This document shows positions 1-8,221 of a stretch of 33,956 nucleotides of DNA, one piece after another; position 1 is the first letter of the stretch, and each line of letters starts with the position of its first letter. A program made the position numbers and the translations under genes. Below the pieces are notes generated by a model. It was not told where the DNA came from, did no database searches, and saw only the letters and a list, made by a program, of their open reading frames with translations. Origin of the DNA: an uncultured Gammaproteobacteria bacterium (GTDB taxonomy: Bacteria; Patescibacteriota; Patescibacteriia; Patescibacteriales; UBA12465); contig CAYQEI010000003.1 in assembly GCA_964416495.1 (NCBI GenBank), forward strand, positions 1 through 33,956, read 5' to 3'.

Positions 1-2969
1 CCAACATTACCAGCATTATTACTATGGATATTACTACCATTAGCAGTCCAATAACCAACTGCCGTACTTACTCCGCCTGATAAGGCATCAGTGACGTAGT
101 CAACGGTAGTAAAGGCTAGGTTTTGGTTGCTAAATGGAGTTACACCATAGACTAGTTGATTGAAATTAGCGCCACCAGCAACATCAAGCTTGGCAGAAGG
201 ATTAGTAATACCAATACCGACATTGCCAGATGAGCTTGCTAGCAAAGTAGCTCCGGTAGTTCTGAAAGTGCCTGAGACATGGAGCTTGGAGCTAGGATTA
301 GTTAGACCAACACCAACGTTAGTACCATTATCATAGAGAACGCTATTTCCTAGGGCTTTAGCCCCAGTCCACTTTGGCAGGTAATTAGTAGTCCCAGAGC
401 CTGATATTACTGAGCCCGCAGCAGTGTTGATAGCGGTGGTAACATAATCAACAGTGGCAAAGGCTAGAGTCTGGTTGCTCAGTGGGGTAATGCCATAAGC
501 TAAACTACCAAATTGGGAAACACCTGCGACTTCAAATGGATGCGTCGGGTTAGTTAAACCAATACCGACATTACCTGATGTGTCAGCTAAAATCGTATTA
601 CCACTTGCCCTGAAACTTCCAGCGACTTCAAGTTTACTTGCTGGCGTATTAGTGCCAACGCCAACATTACCAGCATAAGTACCATAACCAATAATAGCTA
701 ATTGGGCCTTAGAAGCATCTAGGTTGGTTGTATTTGCTTCTATGTTTGACCCGATATAGAGATCACCCCGAGCACTGCCACCAGGTTCCGTTCTTTTGAA
801 AATCATTCCTGCTTTTTTGTAGGAGGTGCTAGTATCTGAAGAAATTTTTAACAAAAGTCCAATCTCAGCATTGACAGTGGTATCACGACGTTGAATTAGT
901 AGATCTCCATTTAAAGTACCAACATCAACATGAAGTTTAGAAACTGGATTAGTAGTACCAATACCAACATTGCCACTATTATTGCTATAGATATGATTAC
1001 CATTCTTAGTCCAATAACCAACTGCAGTGCTTACTCCGCCTGATAAGGCGTCAGTGACGTAATCAACGGTAGTAAAGGCTAGGTTTTGATTGCTAAATGG
1101 AGTTACACCATAGACTAATTGGTTGAAATTAGCGCCACCAGCAACATCTAACTTGGCAGAAGGATTAGTAATACCAATACCGACATTGCCAGTTGAGCTG
1201 GCTAGTAAAGTAGCTCCGGTGGTCCTGAAAGTACCTGAGACATGGAGCTTGGAACTTGGGTTAGTTAAGCCAACACCAACATTACCAGATGAGCTGGCAA
1301 GTAAAGTAACTCCAGTAGTCCTGAAAGTGCCTGAGACATGGAGCTTAGAGCTTGGGTTAGTTAAACCAACGCCAACATTGCCATTGTTATTACTATAAAT
1401 ATTAGTACCATTGGCAGTCCAATAACCAACTGCGGGACCCTGTGCTCCTGATAAAGCACTAGTTACATATTCCACAGTGGTAAGGGCAAAAGTTAGGCTA
1501 CTTTGGGGAGTAACACCATAGGCTAAGTCATCAAAGTTAACTGTACCGCCAACACTCAACTTATGAATTGGATTAGTTTTAGCAATACCAACATTACCTT
1601 TGAGAAGGGTTTTTAAGACATTGTCATTACCAAGTACGACTGAATTTGAGCCAGCCCCGATTGCGCCATAGCCAATTACGTTTTCATTGTAATTACCATT
1701 AGCACTAGCTTTAGTTTCAGCGCCAACATAGAGACCATAGTTACCGCTAGTACGGTTACTGTTATTAGCTAGATAAGCTCCAGCTTCATAACCTAAGGCC
1801 GTATTGAGGGTTCCACTATTACCCAGGTAAAGAGCATAGGCGCCAAAGGCAGTATTAGCATAGCCAACATTATTGTCCCGCATGGCTTGATAACCAAAGG
1901 CTGAATTAGAAGAGCCAGTAGTATTACTTTCAAGGGCAGAAGCGCCAAAGGCTGAATTACGATAGCCAGTGACATTAGAGAAAAGGGTGCCATAGCCAAC
2001 TCCAGTATTATAGGAAGCTTCAAAGTAATAGTTAGCAGTTGCGCCCGTAGAGAAATTACCTGAGTAACGACCGATAAAAAGGTTATTGCCATCAGGCTTA
2101 TCACCACTACCAGTAGGGTGAGAGAAGTTATGAATAAAGCTATCACCACCTTTGTAGATTACTCCAGTAGTAGGGCTAGTAGTGTTGGGCAAGCGAATGC
2201 TTCCACTTATTTCTAGGCGTTGACTAGGATTAGTGACACCAATACCGACATTGCCATTATTGTTGCTATAGATGTGATTGCCATTCTTAGTCCAATAACC
2301 AACTGCAGTACTTACCCCGCCTGATAAGGCATCAGCGACATAATCAACCGTGGTAAAAGCATGGTTTTGATTACTCATTGGTGTGTGCCCAGAGACTAGA
2401 CCATTAAAATTAGCACTACCATCAACATCTAGCCTGTAGCTTGGATTTGACTTGCCAATGCCGACATTGCCTGTGTTGTAGTAAATTGAATTACCAAATC
2501 TCTCCCAGACACTGCTGATAAAAGGGTTACCTTGGTAATAAAGAGAATCGGTAAAGTTAATGCTCCCTGAAACATCAAGAGCAAATTGAGGGTTAGTAGT
2601 ACCAATACCAACATTGCCAGCAATTCCCAAAACTCCTGGGAAATAATAATTTCCGCCACCAGTGATATTACCAAAAGTACCCGCACCAATATAACTAGCG
2701 TTTAATCGTGCTTGGAGAACTCCTTGGACCGTTAAATCATTAGTGATGGTAAGGGGTCCTTGTAGGGTTGAGTTCCCTCTTTTGTTGAGGAAGTCATCTG
2801 GTAGAGTATTCCATTCAATGTTAGATAGAGTGCCACCAACTGGTTTATTATAGTCATTATAGAATACTTGAGCGAGTGAAGTTTTGGCCACAAAAAAGAA
2901 AACAGCTATGACAAAAAAGCTGACTAAAACAGCTACTGATTTATTTATCTGTTTACTAATCTTAGCCAT
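1..2969 (-). CDS. Large secreted tail-fibre-like / YadA-head-like repeat protein, N-terminal ~989 aa (C-terminus lies beyond the window start)
   Basis: Absent from the supplied ORF track because there is no in-window stop. My translation of the minus strand from ATG 2969-2967 stays open to position 3. The N-terminus MAKISKQINKSVAVLVSFFVIAVFFFVAKTSLAQ looks like a signal peptide or anchor. Many GNVGIG(T/L)TNPxxKLxVxG repeats, WTxNGxxIYSNNxGNVG modules, and a block of NSAFGASAL / NSAFGYQAM / NTAFGAYAL / NTALGYEAG head-type repeats. Confidence 0.8.
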   Translation of the reverse strand, partial: MAKISKQINKSVAVLVSFFVIAVFFFVAKTSLAQVFYNDYNKPVGGTLSNIEWNTLPDDFLNKRGNSTLQGPLTITNDLTVQGVLQARLNASYIGAGTFGNITGGGNYYFPGVLGIAGNVGIGTTNPQFALDVSGSINFTDSLYYQGNPFISSVWERFGNSIYYNTGNVGIGKSNPSYRLDVDGSANFNGLVSGHTPMSNQNHAFTTVDYVADALSGGVSTAVGYWTKNGNHIYSNNNGNVGIGVTNPSQRLEISGSIRLPNTTSPTTGVIYKGGDSFIHNFSHPTGSGDKPDGNNLFIGRYSGNFSTGATANYYFEASYNTGVGYGTLFSNVTGYRNSAFGASALESNTTGSSNSAFGYQAMRDNNVGYANTAFGAYALYLGNSGTLNTALGYEAGAYLANNSNRTSGNYGLYVGAETKASANGNYNENVIGYGAIGAGSNSVVLGNDNVLKTLLKGNVGIAKTNPIHKLSVGGTVNFDDLAYGVTPQSSLTFALTTVEYVTSALSGAQGPAVGYWTANGTNIYSNNNGNVGVGLTNPSSKLHVSGTFRTTGVTLLASSSGNVGVGLTNPSSKLHVSGTFRTTGATLLASSTGNVGIGITNPSAKLDVAGGANFNQLVYGVTPFSNQNLAFTTVDYVTDALSGGVSTAVGYWTKNGNHIYSNNSGNVGIGTTNPVSKLHVDVGTLNGDLLIQRRDTTVNAEIGLLLKISSDTSTSYKKAGMIFKRTEPGGSARGDLYIGSNIEANTTNLDASKAQLAIIGYGTYAGNVGVGTNTPASKLEVAGSFRASGNTILADTSGNVGIGLTNPTHPFEVAGVSQFGSLAYGITPLSNQTLAFATVDYVTTAINTAAGSVISGSGTTNYLPKWTGAKALGNSVLYDNGTNVGVGLTNPSSKLHVSGTFRTTGATLLASSSGNVGIGITNPSAKLDVAGGANFNQLVYGVTPFSNQNLAFTTVDYVTDALSGGVSTAVGYWTANGSNIHSNNAGNV
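964..1281 (-). repeat. ~318-bp dispersed direct repeat of 1-318 inside the giant repeat-protein gene; more diverged copies begin at 1372 and 2245
   Basis: Direct comparison: 1-318 and 964-1281 are collinear and roughly 90% identical by eye. The module ccaacattgcc...ccaataaccaactgc recurs at 1, 964, 1372 and 2245. Confidence 0.8.
1189..1380 (-). repeat. 2 x 96-bp tandem coding repeat (32-aa unit GNVGVGLTNPSSKLHVSGTFRTTGxTLLASSS); third dispersed copy at 226-321
   Basis: Units 1189-1284 and 1285-1380 align base for base with a few substitutions. The + strand track ORF 1123..1398 shows the same periodicity as an artefact of these repeats. Confidence 0.85.
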
Positions 2970-2991
2970 TAATTATTTTTATACTAAGTTT

Positions 2992-3000
2992 ATTATACCA
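2992..3000 (-). promoter_or_regulatory. Extended -10 box TGGTATAAT (minus strand) upstream of the giant repeat-protein gene
   Basis: Reverse complement of attatacca is TGGTATAAT. A possible -35 TTGGAG lies 17 nt upstream. It sits 22 nt before ATG 2969, with no obvious Shine-Dalgarno sequence. Confidence 0.45.
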
Positions 3001-3035
3001 CCTAAATAAATTTACTCCAAGGATTTCTACCTCCA

Positions 3036-3449
3036 CTAAAAACTCACTTCCACACTCCGACTGGTGTTACCAAAAGTACCAATAGCAGTGTAATTATTCA
3101 CCACTTGGGGCTCAAATTTATTAAAGGTATGATAAACTCGATAACTAGCCTCAGAGGCTAAATCTCCAGCTAATAAAATTTCCCCTGTACCCTGCTTTTC
3201 TGGCCCATAGCGCACATTGTTGGCCCTGATCTCCCAAAGTATCTCCTCTATCCCTGACTCAGCCGAAAAATAAGCTTTGACCGACTGAGCTTGGCGTCCA
3301 CTTGCCACTAAACTCCGAGAAATAATATGAGATCCCCCCAGTGCCACCACTAAAATAGCAGAGAGAATAAACATGGTAAATAACAAAGCACTACCTGGTA
3401 ATTGTTTTGCTCCTAACTTATTCATTATTGTCTGAATTAACTTTTTCAT
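3036..3449 (-). CDS. PilX-like pilus assembly / minor-pilin-associated protein
   Basis: N-terminus MKKLIQTIMNKLGAKQLPGSALLFTMFILSAILVVALGG matches the PilX N-terminal style (GSALL + hydrophobic helix). It is the last gene of the minor-pilin run. The track start 3479 is a TTG that overlaps the upstream gene, so ATG 3449 is preferred. Confidence 0.55.
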   Translation of the reverse strand: MKKLIQTIMNKLGAKQLPGSALLFTMFILSAILVVALGGSHIISRSLVASGRQAQSVKAYFSAESGIEEILWEIRANNVRYGPEKQGTGEILLAGDLASEASYRVYHTFNKFEPQVVNNYTAIGTFGNTSRSVEVSF

Positions 3450-3453
3450 AAGA

Positions 3454-4011
3454 TTACTGACGATAGTAGCGCGAAGCAACTGTTGTTTGGATACTTAACT
3501 CTGAAGCTCCGGCTTGCTCACTGAGTAAATAAGCCCGCATTGTCATCGTCAAGCTTGGTTGGACATCTGGCTCTTGCTTGAGATCTATCGCTAACTGATC
3601 AATTTTGATTAACTGAGGAGAAATAAAGCCAGTGTTAGCATCGCGACTAATCTGCCACCTGATAGTATCGCCTGAGCTAACTAGCTCATATTTGACACAT
3701 TGGTTATAGAAATTGGTGAAATAGAGAATATCACCATAACTACCAGATTCTAAATGAAAAATATCTCCAGCTGGGACATTACAAGAACCAGTACTACGTC
3801 TTGCCATTCTAATCTCTTTGGCCGTAACCTCAAAAAAGTATTTCAGGCTCTCTTGCACATTCTGGCTCGCTACTGCTTGTCTCTGTCCCCGTATCACTAA
3901 ACGGAATATCTCCGTACTAGAGACAATGATAAAAGTAAAAATAGCCACTGAAACGATTACTTCAATTAAAGAATAGGCCCGCTTATTTTTTTTATTGTTA
4001 GTACCAATCAT
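3454..4011 (-). CDS. Minor pilin / pseudopilin with prepilin-type N-terminal methylation motif
   Basis: KRAYSLIEVIVSVAIFTFIIV is a class III signal peptide (basic leader, conserved Glu+5, hydrophobic helix). ATG at 4011. Confidence 0.7.
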   Translation of the reverse strand: MIGTNNKKNKRAYSLIEVIVSVAIFTFIIVSSTEIFRLVIRGQRQAVASQNVQESLKYFFEVTAKEIRMARRSTGSCNVPAGDIFHLESGSYGDILYFTNFYNQCVKYELVSSGDTIRWQISRDANTGFISPQLIKIDQLAIDLKQEPDVQPSLTMTMRAYLLSEQAGASELSIQTTVASRYYRQ

Positions 4012-4498
4012 ATAAAACTGTCTCTAAATTATAATTATGGATACGACTACGTTCCTGCCAATTAACATTAACTGTCACTACCAATTGGCTACTACTCACT
4101 AGCTCTAGACCTATCTCCCGACTAAACCTAGTCTCTTCCCCATTGCTGTGGTTATAGAAACCAGAGCTATCCTGATAGAGCTGGGCTTGGCTGGGATTGA
4201 TTAATGGAGTTGGCAGTACTGACTGATAATCCATTACATAGGTACCAGTACTTAAATCATCAGCAAAATCTCCTCCTCTGAGCCAATTAGTATCTCTTAC
4301 TTGGCGCACTAACTCTACTCCCTCTTGGGCTAACTGATAGGCAATGATGTTGTTTTTGTTAATTGATTGGCTTTGTATATTTTGGATGATTAAAGAAACT
4401 ACTCCAAGTAGGGTAATAGCAATAATGAAGAGAACTACAATAATCTCCACTAGAGTAAAGGCTCTCTTTTCTTTATTTGTTGGCCAATTTATTCTCAT
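3998..4498 (-). CDS. Minor pilin (PilV-like) with prepilin-type N-terminal motif
   Basis: KEKRAFTLVEIIVVLFIIAITLLGVV. The track start 4516 is TTG. ATG 4498 lies 1 nt after the upstream stop. Confidence 0.7.
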   Translation of the reverse strand: MRINWPTNKEKRAFTLVEIIVVLFIIAITLLGVVSLIIQNIQSQSINKNNIIAYQLAQEGVELVRQVRDTNWLRGGDFADDLSTGTYVMDYQSVLPTPLINPSQAQLYQDSSGFYNHSNGEETRFSREIGLELVSSSQLVVTVNVNWQERSRIHNYNLETVLYDWY

Positions 4499-4499
4499 A

Positions 4500-5093
4500 T
4501 TAATCAATTGCTTCAACTAAACCTAAAAAATTAACTAAAACTGTCTTGATACTATCAGTACGAAGGTCTTTTAATTCAATCCTGACTTCAGTCGTGTCAA
4601 CATTGCCACTATAGATATTTACTTGAGGGTCAGGCGGTAGAAAAGTAATTGAGACAGTATTTTTCTGGGTATTGTTGGCAAAATAAATATCACTGACAAT
4701 TACGCCCTGGGGTAATTGTACTTTCCTTGCCCCTAAATTCACATCCCCTTCTGTCTGGGGGTCATAGTCATGATAGCCAGGCTCATCTGGTTGCTCAAGA
4801 TCTGGGAAAATTACATAATGGCCTGGCTCATCTAAATCAAAATACACTCCCCAGCCACCCCCAGGGATAGCATCGCCATAGGGAGCTAGGCCCAAAGCAT
4901 TATTTTGGGCATAGTGAATATCAGTTACCAAGCCTTGGCTAGCCATCACTAAACCAGTCCGCTTAGTTGAGTTTTGATAATTGAGTATAAAAATAGTAGC
5001 AATAATGCCAACTACTGACATGCTCACTAACATCTCAATTAATGTTAGAGCTGGGTAATTATATTTATTTGATTTTCTTTTAATTAAAGTCAT
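4500..5093 (-). CDS. Minor pilin (FimT/GspH-like) with prepilin-type N-terminal motif
   Basis: YPALTLIEMLVSMSVVGIIATIFIL, followed by a ~160-aa globular part. ATG at 5093. Confidence 0.7.
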   Translation of the reverse strand: MTLIKRKSNKYNYPALTLIEMLVSMSVVGIIATIFILNYQNSTKRTGLVMASQGLVTDIHYAQNNALGLAPYGDAIPGGGWGVYFDLDEPGHYVIFPDLEQPDEPGYHDYDPQTEGDVNLGARKVQLPQGVIVSDIYFANNTQKNTVSITFLPPDPQVNIYSGNVDTTEVRIELKDLRTDSIKTVLVNFLGLVEAID

Positions 5094-5104
5094 GTGTAGA
5101 TCTA

Positions 5105-6595
5105 TTAGTAGTCCTGGGCCTTGACCTCACGCCAGAGGGGTAGATCATAGTTTACCCGCAAAGAAGTGCTAGTACTGCAATAATAGCCAGTCTGGTCACT
5201 TAACTCAAGGAAAATAGTAGTGTTAGTAGCATTGTAGAAAGAGATTTCAGTCTGACTAGAGTTAGGGTCGGTAATTACTGCGCCAAAATCAGTTGTAGTC
5301 CAGAGATAATCACATAAAGCTGGCTGACTATCGCAACTAATCGGCGTCTGTCTAGAGCTGGGCGTATAGACAAAAGACTCACTGATGAAAGTAGTAGAAG
5401 TGCTAGTCAAGGGGTTTTCTGGTTGCCAAGAGAAGAATGGGTTAGGAAACTCATGCTCAAAAGTCTGAAAGGTAAGGTTATTACCATCACGATTAGCATC
5501 GCTATCATAACCGGTGTTAGTGGTATACTGAATCCAATTGGTTGGCTTATCTTCATCATCATAGCCCCTTACCCACCAATAATAGGCAGTGTCGTAATTG
5601 AGACCATCACTAGCGCGAAGGTTAATTTGACTAGCAGATGATGGTCGTTTGCCGGAATAATAAATATAGTCATTATTATCTAGAGAAAAGCTATCTTTGG
5701 TATTTATCACTACTTCATAGGCAGTTTGAACACCACTAAGACGTTGCCAACGCAAAGTTGCTCCAATTGCTCCAGAAGAACAGGCATTGGCAAAGCTCCA
5801 GTTAGGGGCTGATAAACGACCGATGACTAGGTCTTTGATGTAGACGCGGTAATCGTTACTGAGACAAGTACCAGGCAGAGGATAGTTTTCAGTTTCACAG
5901 TTAAGGCTAATTTCTCGTTCCCCATCATAGGTGCTCTGCCCCCGACCAGCTAAATCCCCTAAATTCAAATTAGCTCCTGGGTAGGGTGATTGCTCTGAAT
6001 CATTAGTATAAATTGCAGCTGACTTGTTTGGATCAGAATAGGCATCTAGTCTCACCCATTTCACACTGCCTTGATCAGGAACAACTGGGTGCTCAATTCG
6101 GCCCCAGCCGTAGAGTTTCTGGTCAGAGAAATTATAGCAAGCTAGGCAAGGATTGCCTTGATCACAAACTCCTTGGCAATTACTGGCAAAAGCATAATTA
6201 TCAGGTGGGTCAAAACCATCATACTCAAAACTGATGATACCGACACTAGGATTCCAAGCATCACCTGATAGGAGACCAAAGTCATCAAGCTCAACCGCAA
6301 AACCGATTTCAAGGCAAGGGTCAAAATCAAAATGAAATTCTTCAGGGGTAAAAGGGTCAAAGAAGGTGCCTGCTCCTGCTAGATTGCCGGCCTCATCAAA
6401 GAAGTTTCCAGTACGGGCATCCTCACAATTGAAATAAATGTAACCATAGTCCCGATTATTCTCTACTCCTTTCCAAAGTCCTTGCCCGCGTAGGCGAATG
6501 TTATCAGCTGAAGAGCTTAAGGTAAGCAAAAAAACAAAGGCTAATAAAATGAGCCCTAAGAGCAATGTTTTTTGCTTACTAAATCGGCTAAACAT
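5105..6595 (-). CDS. Secreted Cys-rich protein with Fn3-like and C-terminal PKD-like segments; sits in the PilY1 position (candidate pilus tip adhesin)
   Basis: Signal peptide MFSRFSKQKTLLLGLILLAFVFLLTLSSSA. Three GWI.F-type motifs (YGYIYFNCED, GDAWNPSVGIISFEYDG, LYGWGRIEHP..VKWVRLD). Fn3-like segment ATLRWQRLSGVQTAYEVV...YYWWVRGYD. PKD-like segment CDYLWTTTDFG...IFLELSDQTGYYC. First gene of the minor-pilin operon. Confidence 0.6.
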   Translation of the reverse strand: MFSRFSKQKTLLLGLILLAFVFLLTLSSSADNIRLRGQGLWKGVENNRDYGYIYFNCEDARTGNFFDEAGNLAGAGTFFDPFTPEEFHFDFDPCLEIGFAVELDDFGLLSGDAWNPSVGIISFEYDGFDPPDNYAFASNCQGVCDQGNPCLACYNFSDQKLYGWGRIEHPVVPDQGSVKWVRLDAYSDPNKSAAIYTNDSEQSPYPGANLNLGDLAGRGQSTYDGEREISLNCETENYPLPGTCLSNDYRVYIKDLVIGRLSAPNWSFANACSSGAIGATLRWQRLSGVQTAYEVVINTKDSFSLDNNDYIYYSGKRPSSASQINLRASDGLNYDTAYYWWVRGYDDEDKPTNWIQYTTNTGYDSDANRDGNNLTFQTFEHEFPNPFFSWQPENPLTSTSTTFISESFVYTPSSRQTPISCDSQPALCDYLWTTTDFGAVITDPNSSQTEISFYNATNTTIFLELSDQTGYYCSTSTSLRVNYDLPLWREVKAQDY

Positions 6596-6601
6596 AATTA
6601 T

Positions 6602-6610
6602 ATTATAGCA
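6602..6610 (-). promoter_or_regulatory. Extended -10 box TGCTATAAT; predicted leaderless start of the 5105..6595 / minor-pilin operon
   Basis: Minus strand reads TGCTATAAT-ATAATT-ATG. Only 6 nt separate the -10 hexamer from the A of the start codon at 6595. Confidence 0.5.
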
Positions 6611-6636
6611 TCTAAGCTAATCTCTTTCTAGTTAAA

Positions 6637-7074
6637 TTAACGATAATACTTATTCATAAAAGAGCGCCCTAAATCTATCATCCCCAGGCGTTCTTTTTCA
6701 TCTTCATCATTGTAGCCAACTAGGTGTAATAAAGCATGGACAAAAAGAAAGTAGGTGAGATAAGCTGGAGTTTTTTTCTCAGTAAAGATGTCAAGATAAT
6801 CTTGAGGCCTTCTAATAGAAGCGGTATTGATAAAAATCTCACCCCAAAACTCTCCCTTGCCAGTCGGATTTTTTTCTAGCAAGAAAGATAAAACATCAGT
6901 GCTTTTATCAATCCCTCTAGTCTCACGGTTAATTTTTCTCATCTCCTTGGCATTAACAATAGCGACTGATACCCGCTTATCTCCTAAGTGATAGAAATCT
7001 AGGAGAGTAGCAAATAGCCTTTCTGCCTTTTTTTTACTAAAGGAGTAACTACTTGGGTTATTAATTGCAATCAT
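6637..7074 (-). CDS. ybeY: rRNA maturation endoribonuclease YbeY
   Basis: Length ~145 aa, with the metal-binding motif HALLHLVGYNDEDEKE (HxxxHxxGYDH-type) near the C-terminus. ATGA overlap with the upstream gene. Confidence 0.85.
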   Translation of the reverse strand: MIAINNPSSYSFSKKKAERLFATLLDFYHLGDKRVSVAIVNAKEMRKINRETRGIDKSTDVLSFLLEKNPTGKGEFWGEIFINTASIRRPQDYLDIFTEKKTPAYLTYFLFVHALLHLVGYNDEDEKERLGMIDLGRSFMNKYYR

Positions 7075-8120
7075 ATATTTTTAATAAAATGTAAACTCCT
7101 ATAAAGCGCATAAAGGCGCGGTCGATAAATAACGGCAAAAGTACCGGGATACCTCTTCTCTGCTCCAGCAAAACCTAGTTTGAATCGAGTAACCCCAGGC
7201 CAAGCCTGGCGATCAATTCCATATAAATCATAGCTAAGGCAATTGCGTTCACGGGCTAACTTCATTAACTCAAATTGAAGGTAATGTGGCGCCATTACTT
7301 GACGGTAATTATTATCACTAGCACCATGGAGATAGGTCGCCTTTTTGCCGTAGAAACTAACAATAGCAGTAGCTATTTTTTTATTTTTGTAATAAGCAAA
7401 ATAGAGCTCAATAAAACCAGGTTTAGAACTAGCCAAAAGTTGGCGGTAGTGCTCTTTGTTGTGTAAACGAAAACGGTCGCGCTTACTAGTTGCCTGCAGT
7501 AAGCGCCAAAACTCATCTAAGTCAGCCTCGCTACCAGCCTCTACAGTCACCCCTTTACGCTGAGCGAGACGGATGTTATAACGAGCTTTTTGCTTGAAAC
7601 TTTTGATGATTTTGTCTGGTTCTCTGCTCAGATCAACTACCACGGTCTTCTCAGGCTGAATTGATTTCACTTTCTTGATTCTAAATAAACTAGCTAAACG
7701 CCAAGTGGGAAAATGTCTTTGCCAGCGATGTGATTTTTCATTAGCCGGCTCAATCCGAAAAAAGATTGCTTTTTTATAGAGCCGATGTACTGATTTCAGG
7801 AAAAAATTAATTACTGCCTTTTTTTCTTTACGATCTAATCCTTGAGCAAGCAAAGGTCCACGGGGAGCATAAAGATAAAACCAAGGTCCTTTAATCTTAC
7901 GCTTGATGATAAGAGCTAGGGCTAAAACATCCTCTAGTTTTATCTCTTGATCACGATAATCCTTTTGCCTTACTATTGCCACTGTCTCCACTCTCTCCTC
8001 TTCTTTCTTACTAATCTCTATCCAAGCCGGAGATAATAAAAACTCAACTCCAGAAATACCGGGGTTAGTTTTGATGAAAGCTTCCCACAATTTTGTATCT
8101 AAGTTATTAATTAACTTCAT
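7071..8120 (-). CDS. FemAB-family aminoacyl-tRNA-dependent peptidoglycan peptide-bridge transferase (FemX-like)
   Basis: KARYNIRLAQRKGVTVE...ATYLHGASDNNYRQVMAPHYLQFELMKLARERNCLSYDLYGI matches the conserved FemAB core. ~350 aa. Confidence 0.8.
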   Translation of the reverse strand: MKLINNLDTKLWEAFIKTNPGISGVEFLLSPAWIEISKKEEERVETVAIVRQKDYRDQEIKLEDVLALALIIKRKIKGPWFYLYAPRGPLLAQGLDRKEKKAVINFFLKSVHRLYKKAIFFRIEPANEKSHRWQRHFPTWRLASLFRIKKVKSIQPEKTVVVDLSREPDKIIKSFKQKARYNIRLAQRKGVTVEAGSEADLDEFWRLLQATSKRDRFRLHNKEHYRQLLASSKPGFIELYFAYYKNKKIATAIVSFYGKKATYLHGASDNNYRQVMAPHYLQFELMKLARERNCLSYDLYGIDRQAWPGVTRFKLGFAGAEKRYPGTFAVIYRPRLYALYRSLHFIKNI

Positions 8121-8147
8121 TTTGAAATAATAGTTAATTATTTCTTA

Positions 8148-8156
8148 ATTATAGCA
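8148..8156 (-). promoter_or_regulatory. Extended -10 box TGCTATAAT upstream of the FemAB-family gene
   Basis: Reverse complement of attatagca. It lies 27 nt upstream of ATG 8120, directly after the pilin terminator. Confidence 0.4.
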
Positions 8157-8164
8157 ATGAATTA

Positions 8165-8199
8165 TTAAAAAAACAAAAGAAGCCTTAAACAAGGCTTCT
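8165..8199 (-). terminator. Rho-independent terminator after pilin paralog 1
   Basis: Perfect 9-bp stem AGAAGCCTT/AAGGCTTCT (8178-8186 / 8191-8199), 4-nt loop, then TTTTGTTTTTTT on the minus strand. Confidence 0.75.
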
Positions 8200-8221
8200 T
8201 CTTCTAATTCTAACTCTAATA

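Noticed and set aside
762-770. RGD tripeptide (GSARGDLYIG) in the giant surface protein as an integrin-binding motif
   Set aside because: A single tripeptide in a protein of at least 989 aa is expected by chance, and nothing in the surrounding context supports it.
1123-1398. Track ORF on the + strand with repeated LASKV.PVVLKVPETWSLELGLVKPTPTLP units
   Set aside because: It is the antisense shadow of the 96-bp tandem repeat inside the minus-strand giant gene. It has a TTG start, lacks promoter or RBS context, and the opposite frame is clearly the coding one.
1-2420. Possible CRISPR array or non-coding satellite, given the strong periodic repeats
   Set aside because: The repeats are in frame within one continuous ORF. 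Their lengths (96 bp and ~318 bp) do not fit CRISPR, there is no repeat-spacer alternation, and no cas genes are present.
1793-2689. Minus-strand track ORFs 1793..2149 and 2429..2689 (Leu/Ile/Val-rich)
   Set aside because: These are off-frame ORFs inside the giant repeat-protein gene. Their low-complexity hydrophobic translation is typical of the wrong frame.
7071-7074. Alternative genetic code (UGA recoded, as in some CPR lineages)
   Set aside because: TGA terminates the FemAB-family ORF at the expected protein end, in an ATGA overlap with ybeY. All standard-code ORFs are full-length and tightly packed.
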